DNA from: Azolla caroliniana
Taxonomy: Eukaryota > Plantae > Polypodiophyta
DNA length: 64,000 nucleotides
NCBI GenBank assembly: GCA_043228905.1
Contig: JBHGNT010000002.1
Span: 21,452,001 to 21,516,000, forward strand
Direction: 5' to 3'
The notes under the pieces were generated by a model that did no database searches, was not told the origin of the DNA, and worked only from the letters and a program-made list of their open reading frames with translations. The position numbers and the translations under genes were made by a program. Positions 23,817 through 35,760 of the stretch are shown here, piece after piece (position 1 is the stretch's first letter; each line of letters starts with the position of its first letter).

Positions 23817-26800
23817 TGTTGAGATATCAAGCTCAACTAGTTTAATCTAGTTAGCCAACACATGTAACTTAGTAGTTACCTAGATCGAATCTAGTTAATG
23901 TGTTGACCTTAAGCCTTTAAATAGGACCTTGTATTTAAGTGGGATATATTCTAGATCCTCCACTCGTTAGTACATTTAATGTAGGACTTACACATAAGTA
24001 CGTATGTTCTACCCACACATGTGCACCTTTGCACATGGGTTGTATATATACCTCATTGTGGGTATTTTTGTATGTCGATGACACTTTTCAATATAGTCAA
24101 TCATCCCCCATTTATCTTCGTGTTCATAAGTGTAACTTCCTCTCTCTCTCTCTCTCTTCCTCTCACACACTCTCACGTGCATATCATACTAATCTTCCGC
24201 CGCTTAACGTAACCATATAATTAGTCTCTAATTAACCCTAGTTAATTACCTAATTACTTAACATGGTATCAGAGCGCGTGGTTTAGGAAATTCACTAAGC
24301 CCACTGCTTATTCGTGATTGTGTGTTTGAGATGCTGATGACAAATCCCGGCTATTCGCTATCCGCTACCGTAGTGCCGCTACAAGGACGTGTACGCGACC
24401 AAGAGAAGAAAATCAAAACAGAAGACACAACAATCAACATGAACAAACAAATGGGAAGCTCGCTCCCTAGCAAAAAGCTAGACCGAAGAAACTATTCATC
24501 TTGGGAGTACAAGATGAATCAATACCTTGTTGGCCAAGGGTATTGGAGCTACATCAACGGCGCACAAGAAAACAAACCCAAAATCACACACGCCAACTAC
24601 CCAACATGGGAGCAAGGCGCGAGTCGGGTAATGTATTGCTTGGCAACATGTGTAAACGACCACATGTTAAGCCACATTCGTGACGCCAAGACGCCCAAAG
24701 AGGCATGGGAAAATCTCAAGAAGATTTTCGCCGTGGACACATCCGCGCTCAAGCTTCAATTCCGGCAAGAGTTGAACAACATACAACAAAAAGAAATGTC
24801 CGTGAAGGACTACACCGCCAAGATCAAGAGCATTTGCGACTTGCTTGGCTCCATCAACATCAACATCGACGAAGACGAGATGGTGCAAGTATGCTTGGGT
24901 GGGCGACCTCGCACAACGATTCAACCCGTTGAGAACGGAATATCTTGGCGAGAGATACCCCTCCCTCGTTTTTCAACCTCCAATCAATGCTATTGGTCAA
25001 AGAAAACCACATTCAACCAAAGACCAACACATCGGAAGGAAAAATGCTCTTCTCTGATACGGATGGTGCCCATAGACGAGCTCGAAGCGGAAGAGGTCAA
25101 TTCGACCTATCCTACGAAGGGAATTCACAATTTCGGCAAAGAAACGAAAGCCATCGAGGAACCTTCACAAGAAGGGGGAGCTTCCACGCCGAACAAGGTC
25201 GGCGAACGACGCCACCTACGTGCAACTATTGCGGCAAAATCGGCCATCGCGAAGAGGAGTGCCAAAAAAGACGAAGCGATTCGGCCTCAACAAGCCGGCA
25301 ACTCACAAATTACGCCGCAAACGCGGAATACGCGGACTACGGCGAACTCTTCGTGATGAGGCATAGAGCGAACTCTATTATGGCCTCTGATCCCGTAAAC
25401 TCCACAAGTACCTCCAACTCCGAACACACGTGGTTCGTAGACTCCGGCGCCTCGCACCACATGACGTCGCACCAAGAGTGGTTTCACGACTTGCGAATGC
25501 CGGATCGACCCGGCTACATAGAGACCGGAGACGACAATCTGCATCCCATTCGGCACATCGGCGATGTCCCATTTGGGAAAGAAGGCGAGCAAACTTGCAT
25601 CAAGAATGTCTTGCACGTGCCCACAATAACAAAGAATTTGGTCTCGGTCGGCCAAATCGTGGAGCAAGGCATGCAAGTCCGCTTCAACAATGAAGGTTGC
25701 TTCATCGAGAAAGACGGCCGACTCATAGCCAAGGGATGGAGAGACGGTCGCTTGTTCATCTTCGACTTGAACGACGTAAAATCGGCCATGTACGACATAG
25801 GTCTCAAGACCGAGACAAACGTCGAGTTGTGGCACAAGCGAATTGGCCATGTAAACCTCCAACGGCTTCGTGGAATGCAATCAAAGGGAATCGTAATCGG
25901 ACTTCCAGCCTTCGAATCGAAACGAGTCGACCGAGTGTGCGAAGCATGCCAACTCGGCAAACAACATCAACTCCCATTCCCGAAGGAGAGCTCCGCAAGC
26001 AAAGGCCTCCTTGACATAATCCACTCGGACGTATGGGGACTGGCTCAAACGCCGACGCTCGGCGGTTGCCGCTACTACGTCACCTTCATCGACGACCACT
26101 CGCGCTACGCGTGGATATACCCGATGAAGAAGAAGAGCAAAGTGCTCTCCCACTTTCAAAGGCTCAAAAGCCAAGTGGAGAAAGAAACCGGTCGGCACAT
26201 TCGATGCCTAAGATCGGACAGAGGAAAGGAGTACTTCTCCGACGAGTTCACCTCCTACCTCCAAGGTGAAGGCATTCGTAGAGAATTCTCATGCCGACAC
26301 ACTCCCCAACAAAACGGAGTAGCTGAGAGAAAGAATTGGCAAATTCTCGAGGTAGCACGCGCCATGATGCGTGAGAAGCACATGCCGAACTTCTATTGGG
26401 CGGAAGCGGCATCCACGGCCGTCTATCTCATGAATCGATGCACTACAAATAGCGTGCACGAGCTTACTCCATACGAGATCTTCGTTGGAAGAAAGCCCCT
26501 CCTCTCGCACCTCAAGGTGTTCGGAAGCATTGCGAATGTACGCATCCCGAACGAAAGTTGAGAGAAGCCCGACGCGAAGTCGGAAGAATGTATCCTCATA
26601 GGATACTTGTCCGTGAAAAAGGTGTACAAGTGCTTCAACCCTTCGACCCGAGCGGTGCGGATAAGTTGCGACGTCGTTTTCGACGAATCGGCATCTTGGT
26701 ATAAGCCCGATGCGACTCCATCCGACCCGATTGAGGAAGAGTTGAATGCCAACTCGGACGACGAAACTCGGCCAAGTCCTCCATCGAAGGACAATCCAAG

Positions 26801-27811
26801 CTCTACCGAGCTAATTGGCGCACAAGAGCCTCCACGCGATGAAAACACGTCATGGCCAAGTCCGACATCGGACAAAGGCAAAGGTAAAATGCCCGAATAC
26901 GAAGTCGAGGTCCACCCCGACGACCGTGATTCAGATGATTCGGCTCGCTCACTAGACAGTGAGTTCGGTGTACCCATCATGAGGACACCGGAGTAAAGAA
27001 GGTGCTCACATCGACAAACGAGAAACTCCGCCGCTCATCACGAGCGAAGACCCAAGTCACTCGTTACGCCTACAACGAGTATATGGCCCATCATTATGCC
27101 CTCGCGATGAAGGTAGTGGTCGAACAAGAGCCCGAGGATCCAAGCCTTCGTCATAGGCTTGAGGGGGAGAATAAGCCGCGAAGAGTCGTGCAACAAAGCC
27201 GCGGAGAGCCGCGCAACGAAGCTGCGAAAACGCGAAGAAAACCGCGCAACACCGCGAAGAAAACCGCGCAACACCGCGAAGAAAGCCGCAAGCCGCACTG
27301 ATGCCGACGAAGCCGAAGGAAGCTAAACCGGACGTTAGACGCCTCACACTTGAGCTTGAGGGGGCGTGTTGAGATATCAAGCTCAACTAGTTTAATCTAG
27401 TTAGTCAACACATGTAACTTAGTAGTTACCTAGATCGAATCTAGTTAATGTGTTGACCTTAAGCCTTTAAATAGGACCTTGTATTTAAGTGGGATATTCT
27501 AGATCCTCCACTCGTTAGTACATTTAATGTAGGACTTACACATAAGTACCTATGTTCTACCCACACATGTGCACCTTTGCACATGGGTTGTATATATACC
27601 TCATTGTGGGTATTTTTGTATGTCGATGACACTTTTCAATATAGTCAATCATCCCCCATTTATCTTCGTGTTCATAAGTGTAACTTCCTCTCTCTCTCTC
27701 TCTCTTCCTCTCACACACTCTCACATGCATATCATACTAATCTTCCGCTGCTTAACGTAACCATATAATTAGTCTCTAATTAACCTTAGTTAATTACCTA
27801 ATTACTTAACA
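23817..27811 (+). mobile_element. Ty1/Copia deletion derivative (gag-PR-INT, no RT/RNase H) inserted in chromovirus 5' LTR
   Basis: LTRs 23817-24263 and 27367-27811 (near-identical); PBS TGGTATCAGAGC 24264-24275; PPT GAGGGGGCG; TSD CTATA 23812-23816/27812-27816. Confidence 0.95.
24439..27140 (+). pseudogene. Copia gag-protease-integrase polyprotein, frameshift ~24900 and stop 26561
   Basis: CNYCGKIGHREEEC, WFVDSGASHHMT, LWHKRIGH, HSDVWG, LRSDRGKEY, PQQNGVAE. Confidence 0.9.
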
Positions 27812-27992
27812 CTATAGAATAGCTTAGAGATTTCTAGAATGTTTTAGAATGTTCTAGAATGTTATGGACCTAGAATATTCTAGGATGTTCCAAAAGATTT
27901 CTAGAATAATCACTATGAAAAGTAGCCTTTATCATTTCAAATCCTGATAGGTTAAAGTCCAGGTGAAGCATAATGTTCACAGATTCATGAAA

Positions 27993-29618
27993 ATGTCAAC
28001 AGATATTCTTCACTTACTTGGTCCCATGTCAAGCAACCTAGTTGCTTCATCATAACTTCTTGGATTTTCATGTAGACCTTATGATAGTCAAAACATATTT
28101 ACACATTAGTACATTTGAAATCCTTATCGTATAATACATTTGAAGAAAATGTAAAGACTTACTTGTTGAACTCTGTCACCATCTCCTCAAGGCTCAATTC
28201 TTTTGCCACAACTCTCAAAAAAACTGAAATGAGAAGTTGCTCATCTTTAATCCCCTACATTGCTCGCCAGAGAGACAAATATCGATTTTTTTTGCCACCG
28301 TGGACTTTAAGTCTTACTGTGGGTCAATGTTAGACTTCTTTTGTCTTTGACCCTTGAATTCCTTGTTCTCCCACATTGTAAATATTTAGTCCTGTAAGTC
28401 CCAAACTTTACCATCCGTAAAGGCAAGTTGGAACCAAGAATCATATTTGCGGATATCATCTGACTTCACTGCGTCATCAACCACTATCCCAACTTCATGT
28501 AAACATTGACGTCGTAGTGATGTGTATAGATTGATGCCATTTTTTTGCTTGAAGTCCAAGTATTCGTGGTGGAATAATTGGATCCACTCTATAGAAGACA
28601 TCTTCTGCCTGTAGTTGTTGTCATTATTGTTATCCCATGCCAGTAGTTTAGCCTCCTCAGTGGTTAACCCGACATAAATCTTGCACTGGACATACTTAAA
28701 GAAGTACGTGGTAGGATGTTCTTTAACAAGATGCCTTCTTGCCTCAGCAGAGTGAGTTCCCCCTATTACAAAGTAATTATATTGGTCATGCTTTCTCACA
28801 TCGAAGGCTTCTATGTTAGGACATTCCTCAGGATAAACCATTACAATAAATGGAACGATTGTGGCATGTGGATTTATCTTCATCTTTTTCTTGAGGTTCT
28901 AAACGTGCAGTTTATGCGTTTCTCAATTCTCAAGTGGGCGTCGTCCACTCTTCAACCCTATAAGTGGCTGATGGATGTGTGTAATCGGCAGGTTGAACAC
29001 TTCGCCTTTCCTTACAAGTTTTTTGTGTATAATTTCTCTTCGATTTTTTTTTTGCTCAGATGATAACATCCCGGATGCTAGGTCGGCCAGTTGGAGTCCT
29101 CAGACTGTGACATCGTCATCGCCTTTTTTTGTGGGCCTTGAGTGAATGGAAACCTTTTTGGGTGGTGGTTTTTGTGGTGATGGTGATGTTTCCCGTAGAT
29201 TCATATGCCCTTGGATGTATGGTCTCAGTGTGGTTATCAAATTGTTAGTACTTTCAATGGTCTTCTTGAAGGATTCAGGCCCACATGATTCTTTAACCAA
29301 TCGATCTTCTGAGACATACACTTTACAGACCCCCTTTGAACAATCTACAAGTATTATTAAATTGTTAGAGTCTGGGTCCTTGTAGTCTAAATGCAAAAGC
29401 CTCCCCTAACTAAATGGGCGCTCCTTTGTGAGTTGGTCATGACCCTTATTTCATGCAATTAACAACAACACCCTTTTATTGGAGGTAATGTATTGCATTG
29501 CCCACTCATGATCTATCATATCCTTATCGGGCAATGTCTTCCCTCCTTGGTCACCCACAAGTTTCTTTTGGCTTACTTCATCCAATGTTTGTCTTGTCTG
29601 GTCATCGTCATAAAACAT
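27993..29618 (-). pseudogene. 5' part of ParB-MTase gene: N-terminal region + ParB/Sulfiredoxin-like domain
   Basis: FNLPITHIHQP..R..HV*NLKKKMKINPHATIVPFIVMV...YFVIGGTHSAEARRHL...CKIYVGLTTEEAKLLAWDNN matches the ParB-N pattern; intron ~28078-28162; frame joins 11175 across the Gypsy TSD (EEYLLT|SSYKAL); probable ATG at 29618 (MFYDDDQ). Confidence 0.72.
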
Positions 29619-29865
29619 GTAAGCTTGAAAAAATGAGCCTAAGCTTATTTCAGTGGACAAATATCAAATGTCAAGAGGTTCACTATTTTCTGTTGACGAA
29701 TATTGTGTCAGCGCCCCATCTCCTCAATCTCCATCTTTTGGGATCGTGTAAGCTTGAAAAAATGAGCCTAAGCTTATGTAAGTGGATGAATATCAAATGT
29801 CAAGAGGTTCGCCATTTTTTGTTGATGAATATTGTGTCGGTGCCCCATCTCCTCAGTCTCCACCA
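29618..29865 (+). repeat. 129-bp tandem duplication spanning the divergent start region
   Basis: TGTAAGCTTGAAAAAATGAGCCTAAGCTTAT at 29618 and 29747. Confidence 0.9.
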
Positions 29866-32446
29866 ACTAAAGAGCTAAGTCATGAGTTCTCTATTGATAA
29901 GTACTACTGAATAGAGGATTCTACCAATGAAGGGAATGGCATTCATGCTTCGACAAGTGTTGCGGGTAGTGGAGAGATTGTCAGTCATTCAGTATTTGAG
30001 GCAATAAGTACAAGCATCCAGGAAATCAACTCGGCAAGCCCTATGCAGTTTAGGAGAGTTCCATGTCGAAATAGTCAAGATAGGTTTGCCCTTGTGACAT
30101 TTGAGAACCAACTCAAAATAGATGTCGGCAAAGATTGTTGTACACGTGGGTGTATATCCCTAATTGGAAAGGATAAGTTGCGGCCATTAAGGCGTTACTA
30201 TTTCTCACTCACTGGTGATGAGCAAGACACTTATGTTGCAACAAAGATGCAGATGGTGAAGGACATATTGTTAGACATTAAGATTTCATTTGAGTATTAT
30301 ATCTTCTATGGACTACAAGGTGTAGAGTTACATTCAAGATTTCATTATGTGTTAGTAACATGAGATTACATAGAGTGCAATAACAAGTTCTCAACGGGGA
30401 TCTTAGTATCACTGGCGACAACGCAAATACAATCAATTGGATGGAGAACTACTTCAAACTTAATTGTGAAATAATTCCAACAACCGGTAGGTTGCATCTC
30501 TCAGATAATTACACACGACGAGAAGTATATGATGCCTACAAGTCAAAAATGTGATCGTCGAGTGATAAATACGTCACCTACAATTAGTTTACAAGATTGT
30601 GGTTAACACAATTCACTAACGTTGTTATACCTCGGAAAGTATGTATGGGGTATTGTTCTATTTGTGCAGACTTGAAGAGCATGGCTAAAGGTGCCAAAAC
30701 AACAAAGGAGAAGGACATTAATAAAAAGTTGTTACAGGACCATCGAGATGTGCAAGCACTGGAGCGGAGAAAAGCAATGCACCTTAGAGAGAAGTTGTTG
30801 AAGAAACCAAAGCAATATCTGTGTCTAATGATTGACGGTATGGACCAAAAGAAGACATGTATGCCCCACCTTAGGAGGCTTCCAAAAAACGTCAACAACG
30901 ATTGTCTGGTTTAGATGCACTTAGTGGGTTGTTTGGGTTATAATGGGAAGTTAAACCTCACGTCTACATTACTTACCCGATTGTTCACAACGACCCTAAT
31001 CTAACAGTTACTGTGATTCAAAGGGTTTTGATGAATTGGGGGTAGCCATTGCCCCATGTTCTCTACATTCAATTGGACAACACTGCTAGGGAAAACAAGA
31101 ATTCAACTAGCTTCGAATATTTGAGCATGTTGGTGAAACAAGGAGTGTTTAGGAAAGTTAATGTTAACTTCCTTTTGGTTGGTCACACACAGGACCATAT
31201 TGATAAGATGTTCAGTACATTCTCTAGACAGTTGTCTCGATATGAGGCATTCACATTACTGAAGCTTTTTAATGTCATTTGTGATGCATACACGCCACGT
31301 CCGAATGTGATCCACTTAAAGGAGATATGCGACTTTAAGAGATAAATAGCTGATGGCGAGGATGAGAATGTGAAAGTATTAGCCCTTGACTAAACAATAT
31401 TAGTTTCAAGAATGTGTTCTTGATAAAGAAAAATGATATCAGTGGTTGTACGTTGTTACGTGCAAAGCAATATTCCTCTTTCCCACAATGAGAGCCAGAA
31501 GGCAGTTGCCAGTTCTTGCTTCATATGCCATCTGTAACTAATGTTTATGGTGCAAAACAAATGCCAATTGAGGCTAAAAAGGAAATGCACAATGACTTGG
31601 TAGATGAACAAAGGAACGTCTGGATGGAAGGCTTACAAGACAAAGGAAGCAAATTGATATTGCAAAGAAGTATGCTGGACCACAAGATACCTTATGGTGG
31701 GACAAGTTCTTTAGTGATCAACAAGAAATTATTTATAACTCCTTCACTGGTATTTGGCCCTTGCAAATACTATTGACGTGGTCCGTACAACACACGCCTA
31801 ATTCTCAAACGCCACCTTGTGCGCCTAATGTAGATCTTGACAACTTGCGCCATCCACAACATCGGAATATTTATGTGGAACCGAGGATGAAAAAAGTAGT
31901 TGAAGCTCGTTCGCAAGGAAACAGACAAGAAATAAAGGTTGGGATGTTAGTTGCCACACCTGTTGATGACAATGACATGAGGCACCAATTTTGGATTGGT
32001 AAAGTATTGGACGTGGTGATGCATGACAACCAAAATAAGATAAAGTCTACAAAATTGCATCGGTACAACACTAAAAACAAGAATGCATTGACATGCAAGT
32101 ATACATTGGAGATGATGGAATGCCCAAGGTCAAGCGGAAAAGAAATATTCGTAACACATCAACCGTTGACATGCAAGAGGTAGATATCATTGTATGCGAC
32201 ATTACACTAACAAAAGTTGGATGCTTAAGGAAGTTAACAATAGACATAATAAAATCGAAATTGCCAAGTCTACAAGGCTTCTCAGATCGAAGGTGGACCA
32301 AATCTTCTACACATGATTTGGAGATACAACATTTGCCTTTAAATGAAGACAATGCTTTGATTGGTACATCTGATGATGAGGATGATGAGCCACCATTGTA
32401 TTATAGGGAATATAGTAGTGATTCTTATAAGAGGAATGACACGTGA
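29797..32446 (+). pseudogene. Sola-like DDD transposase, disrupted
   Basis: ATG 29797 in frame with ORF 30043 (CCTRGC); MGYCSICADL; LMIDGMDQKKT (D1 ~30835); LYIQLDNTARENKN (D2 ~31076); FLLVGHTQDHIDKMFS (D3 ~31202); C-terminal FWIGKV module. Confidence 0.8.
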
Positions 32447-32754
32447 TTGTATTTTTGGCATGATTGGTAACAATATAAGCATGTAAGGCCTCGAATGATA
32501 TAAAGCTTAATTGTTTTCAAATCAACCGCTCCTAGTGAATATTGTATGTTATCAAAAACATGAGTTGTTATGTTTACAGTAAAAAACATGGCGTAAATTT
32601 GTGAAATTTGCCTAATTTTGTGAATTTTCAATTTTATGGAATGGTCAGATTTTAAGCTTTTCCATCAAGTCTTTGTGCACAAATGATCACATGTTTTTTG
32701 CGATGGTTAAAAAAGCCCTGAAATCAAATGAAATATTCCTTATCCTTCCAATTG

Positions 32755-32789
32755 TGTGTGATCCTTCCACTTCTCAACGCGAACATGCT
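32755..32789 (-). repeat. Right TIR of Sola-like element
   Basis: TGTGTGATCCTTCCACTTCTCAACGCGAACATGCT followed by CATC. Confidence 0.75.
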
Positions 32790-33739
32790 CATCTGGTTCG
32801 GAACCTAGGTTGGAGCTTAGGCTTATTAGCCTAACTGGGCCTAGCAAACCGGATCGATTCCGGTCTGGTCTACTTGCTTATCTAGCTGGTCTGGCACATG
32901 TTGAGGTTGCTCACTCAACAAATACATTAACATAGGATCCACCATGGAAGAAAGAGGAGATTTAAAAGATTGTATTGAAGGCATACAAATATTTCCTACT
33001 AGGAGGACCCCTTTGGAAGATTCTTAGAAAGATCGCGATTGTGCATCACAACCCCCAAGGTTCTATGACTCGGGGATGATTGGTACGACAACATTTAGTC
33101 GCGGATGGTGTGATGATAAGATGACGAGACAAATGTGAAGTTGTCGAGAAAAGAAAATCAATCAACATAAAAACTCTTACAAGATTGATTTGTCAAAACT
33201 TGAACTCACATCCTCATTTTGGAAAGAAGAGCTTCAACATTTCCTTTTTCTAAAATCTTTCTTAAATCCTTTCTCTTTTATATTTATTATTTTTTGACAA
33301 AATTTGTATTTGTTTACCAAAAGGAGGTGCTTTCAGTAGAGCTCAAACTCACAACCTCTATTTGGGAGGAACTGAATTAGATAGACCAATTTGATTCTCC
33401 TCTTTTTAAATGTTTTCTTTTCTTTTCTTTTCTTTTCTCTCTAGGCTCGTCTTTGTTATATAGGAAACCACTTCTCGACCACCTTCAATGACTTGCTACT
33501 TTGATCTCTCGTTTCTTCTTCCCCTTCATGGTTGGGTGAGGGAGTGTGGCCTCATCCCTCAATCTCCTCACTTCTAACAAGCTCCTCATTCACCCACTTC
33601 CCATTCACTTGTTTTCCATGCATTCTCTCACCATGGGAGAGGGGCTTTTATGAGGCGACAGACCGCCTCTTCATCATTTGCCACCAAGTTGGCTCACCTT
33701 CTTGATCCTAACGACAACAGAAACACAAATTTGAGTGAC

Positions 33740-34100
33740 TTTCTCAAAAAAGAAAGGGAGTATTGGTGGCTAGGAAATGCACTCCAACGTACAACATGCA
33801 AAAGAAAAGACATTGCACACTTTGTTGCGACATGTGAAAGTTGGCAAATGCACTCTAATGTACGACATAGAGATGAATTATATCCAATTTATCATTTCGT
33901 GGAATATTTCCAATGGATGGTGGATTTGGTAGTTATGCTAACGGGAGTGAATTAGATGAACTACCTAGTGTATTTAAAAGGGAGGACCTCACTAATAAGG
34001 TAGAGGGAAGGACACTTATAAATAAAACCACATTGGCAATATGTTGAATATGGGTGTGTGGGGAAGGCGGTAGCAAACAAAGGGGAATTGTGAGGTTTCC
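33740..34100 (+). pseudogene. Ancient Gypsy integrase remnant
   Basis: YWW..KDIAHFVATCESWQ..FQWMVDLVVM (zinc finger/core start). Confidence 0.6.
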
Positions 34101-35760
34101 GTCAGGTGTGAGGTTACGACTTGTTTGCGTACTGGCAATCCTTGCAAAACTGGTGATACGAAAAGAAAAGTTTGAGGATGTATCTGGCTCTAGATAAATG
34201 TGTTATGTTAGCCTTGCTGAGGTGTTTGAGTCCTCCGTGCCATAATGATGACACGGGACTATCAACCAGGAACAGGTCACCCTCTTTGAGTGTGATATAT
34301 ATAAATGTGTTTGTGTACTGGCAATCCTTGCAGAACTGATGATCCGAAAACAAGAGTTTGGGGATGTATCTGGCTCTAGATAAATGTGTTATGCCAGCCT
34401 TGCTAAGGTGTCTGAGTCCTCCGTGCCATAATGATGACACGGGACTATCAACCAGGAACAAGTCACCCTCTTTGAGTGTGATATATAACAGGTACAATGA
34501 ATGTACTTTCAGACCTCGAGCAAGCAGGAGGTTCCCCTTGTGAAGTGTCCACCCTCCTCATGAAAATCAAGCGCAGATGCCATCTTCATCAAGTTGTCCG
34601 ACCGAGATCAGCGGACTTGAGAGCTTAGGTACATATCAGACATTATGTAGTACGAGTGTGGAGCGACGAGGAAGATTAAGCTGTATTCTGTCGATTCCAA
34701 TTATAGCATAATGCTATGAATTTCCGACTCGAACTGAGTTGGAATGTTGGGCCATATATTGCCAAAATTGGGATCGATGAGGAGTCGCGTGGTAGGATGC
34801 ACCTTAATCGAAGAGCCATGTGCTCGATTCCTTAGTTGTGAGTAGAACTTCCGATTCGACTGAGTGTTCTATGAATAGAATGTTTGGGTTGTATGTCACT
34901 ACTTCGGCTAAAGAGTTGATGTAATTCACCCCCTCATGTCGGCCACCCTTCTGATCAGCTCACTGAACTTTATCGTTTTTAGCTTTGAGGGTGCGGCAAT
35001 CAGCCTTGATACATTTGGGTTTCTTGCAATAGTTGCAAGTTCAATTGTCCTAGGATTTGCTTTGGTTTTGTTGATTTATCTGCGGTAGGGAAGAACTTCT
35101 CCCTTGAATGTTCGATCGGTCAACCAAATTTTGCAATACATAGGTGTCGTTGGCCGAATCATTTGCAAATGATTTCCTCTAAGCAACTGCGGTCAAATTT
35201 GAGCTCATGATTTCGGAGTACTTCACTGCAATAGCCGATGCATTGCACATAGTTGTGACGAAAGTTTTCCATGAAGGGGGGAGATTACTCATTAGCAACA
35301 TTGCTTTTAATTCGTCTTCAATTGTCGTCCCCTGGTATGAAATTTGGGAGCTTAGGATTTTGTACTCGTTGAGTTGTGCCTAGACCAAGTCGTATTCTTT
35401 CATTCGAAGATTGTAGAGATGCCAGATGAGGTATATCTTTGTTGTGGCGACCTTTTTCTCAGAAGTGTTTGAGAGTGTCTTCTATAGCTAGAAGGCAATC
35501 AAACATGATTGCACTGTGAAGTACACTAACTCCGACAACTGCATTTGAATGGTGGCATGGACAATTCTGTCTAGCTTCATTCACTCATTCGGCTTGTATC
35601 CATCTTCAACGTTTTCAGTCTCGATTGGGTTTATCTAACCCATGACTATTAGATAGTCTTGCATCTGCTCCTTCCAAAAGTTGAAGTTCGATCCGTCGAA
35701 CTTCCTTCGACTCATCTCTAATGAGCCGGATGTTGAGGCCATTTCGATGTGATCCGACTA
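34100..35760 (-). pseudogene. Degenerate Copia gag-protease-GAG-pre-integrase remnant with 186-bp tandem duplication (34122-34487)
   Basis: MASTSGSLEMSRRKFDGSNFNFWKEQMQDYL at ~35740; CNYCKKPKCIKADC; SLWHGGLRHLS..FCKDCQY present twice. Confidence 0.72.

Larger units (their letters stand above)
11176..27992 (-). mobile_element. Full-length Tcn1-like chromovirus (Ty3/Gypsy), degenerate, with two nested LTR elements
   Basis: 3' LTR 11176-11631, PPT at 11632-11645, chromodomain EYEVESILDSK..YYLVDWLGY..TWEP, integrase SDRGPQF, RNase H EADASDFALG, RT YLDDLLI, protease LLDTGA, gag 23551->14884 split at 15674/23179; 5' LTR 23607-23816 + 27812-27992; TSD ACGTT/ATGTC (2 transitions). Confidence 0.92.
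8896..32789. mobile_element. Sola-like cut-and-paste DNA transposon (~7.1 kb without nested inserts) carrying a ParB-methyltransferase gene
   Basis: Left end AACACTTTCGCATTCAGAAGTGGAAGTATCACGCA vs reverse complement of right end AGCATGTTCGCGTTGAGAAGTGGAAGGATCACACA; 4-bp TSD CATC at 8892-8895 and 32790-32793; internal transposase. Confidence 0.78.
8467..32920 (-). mobile_element. Solo LTR (8467-8895 + 32790-32920) split by the DNA transposon
   Basis: TGCTAA at 8467 ... CTCAACA at 32920; TSD AATAT (8462-8466)/AATAC (32921-32925); the old Gypsy frame reads through the junction (EQLLIG*FLN|TLT*DPPWKKEE); its end resembles the LTR-like start at 55680 (TGTTGAG..GCAAsCTCAAC). Confidence 0.7.
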
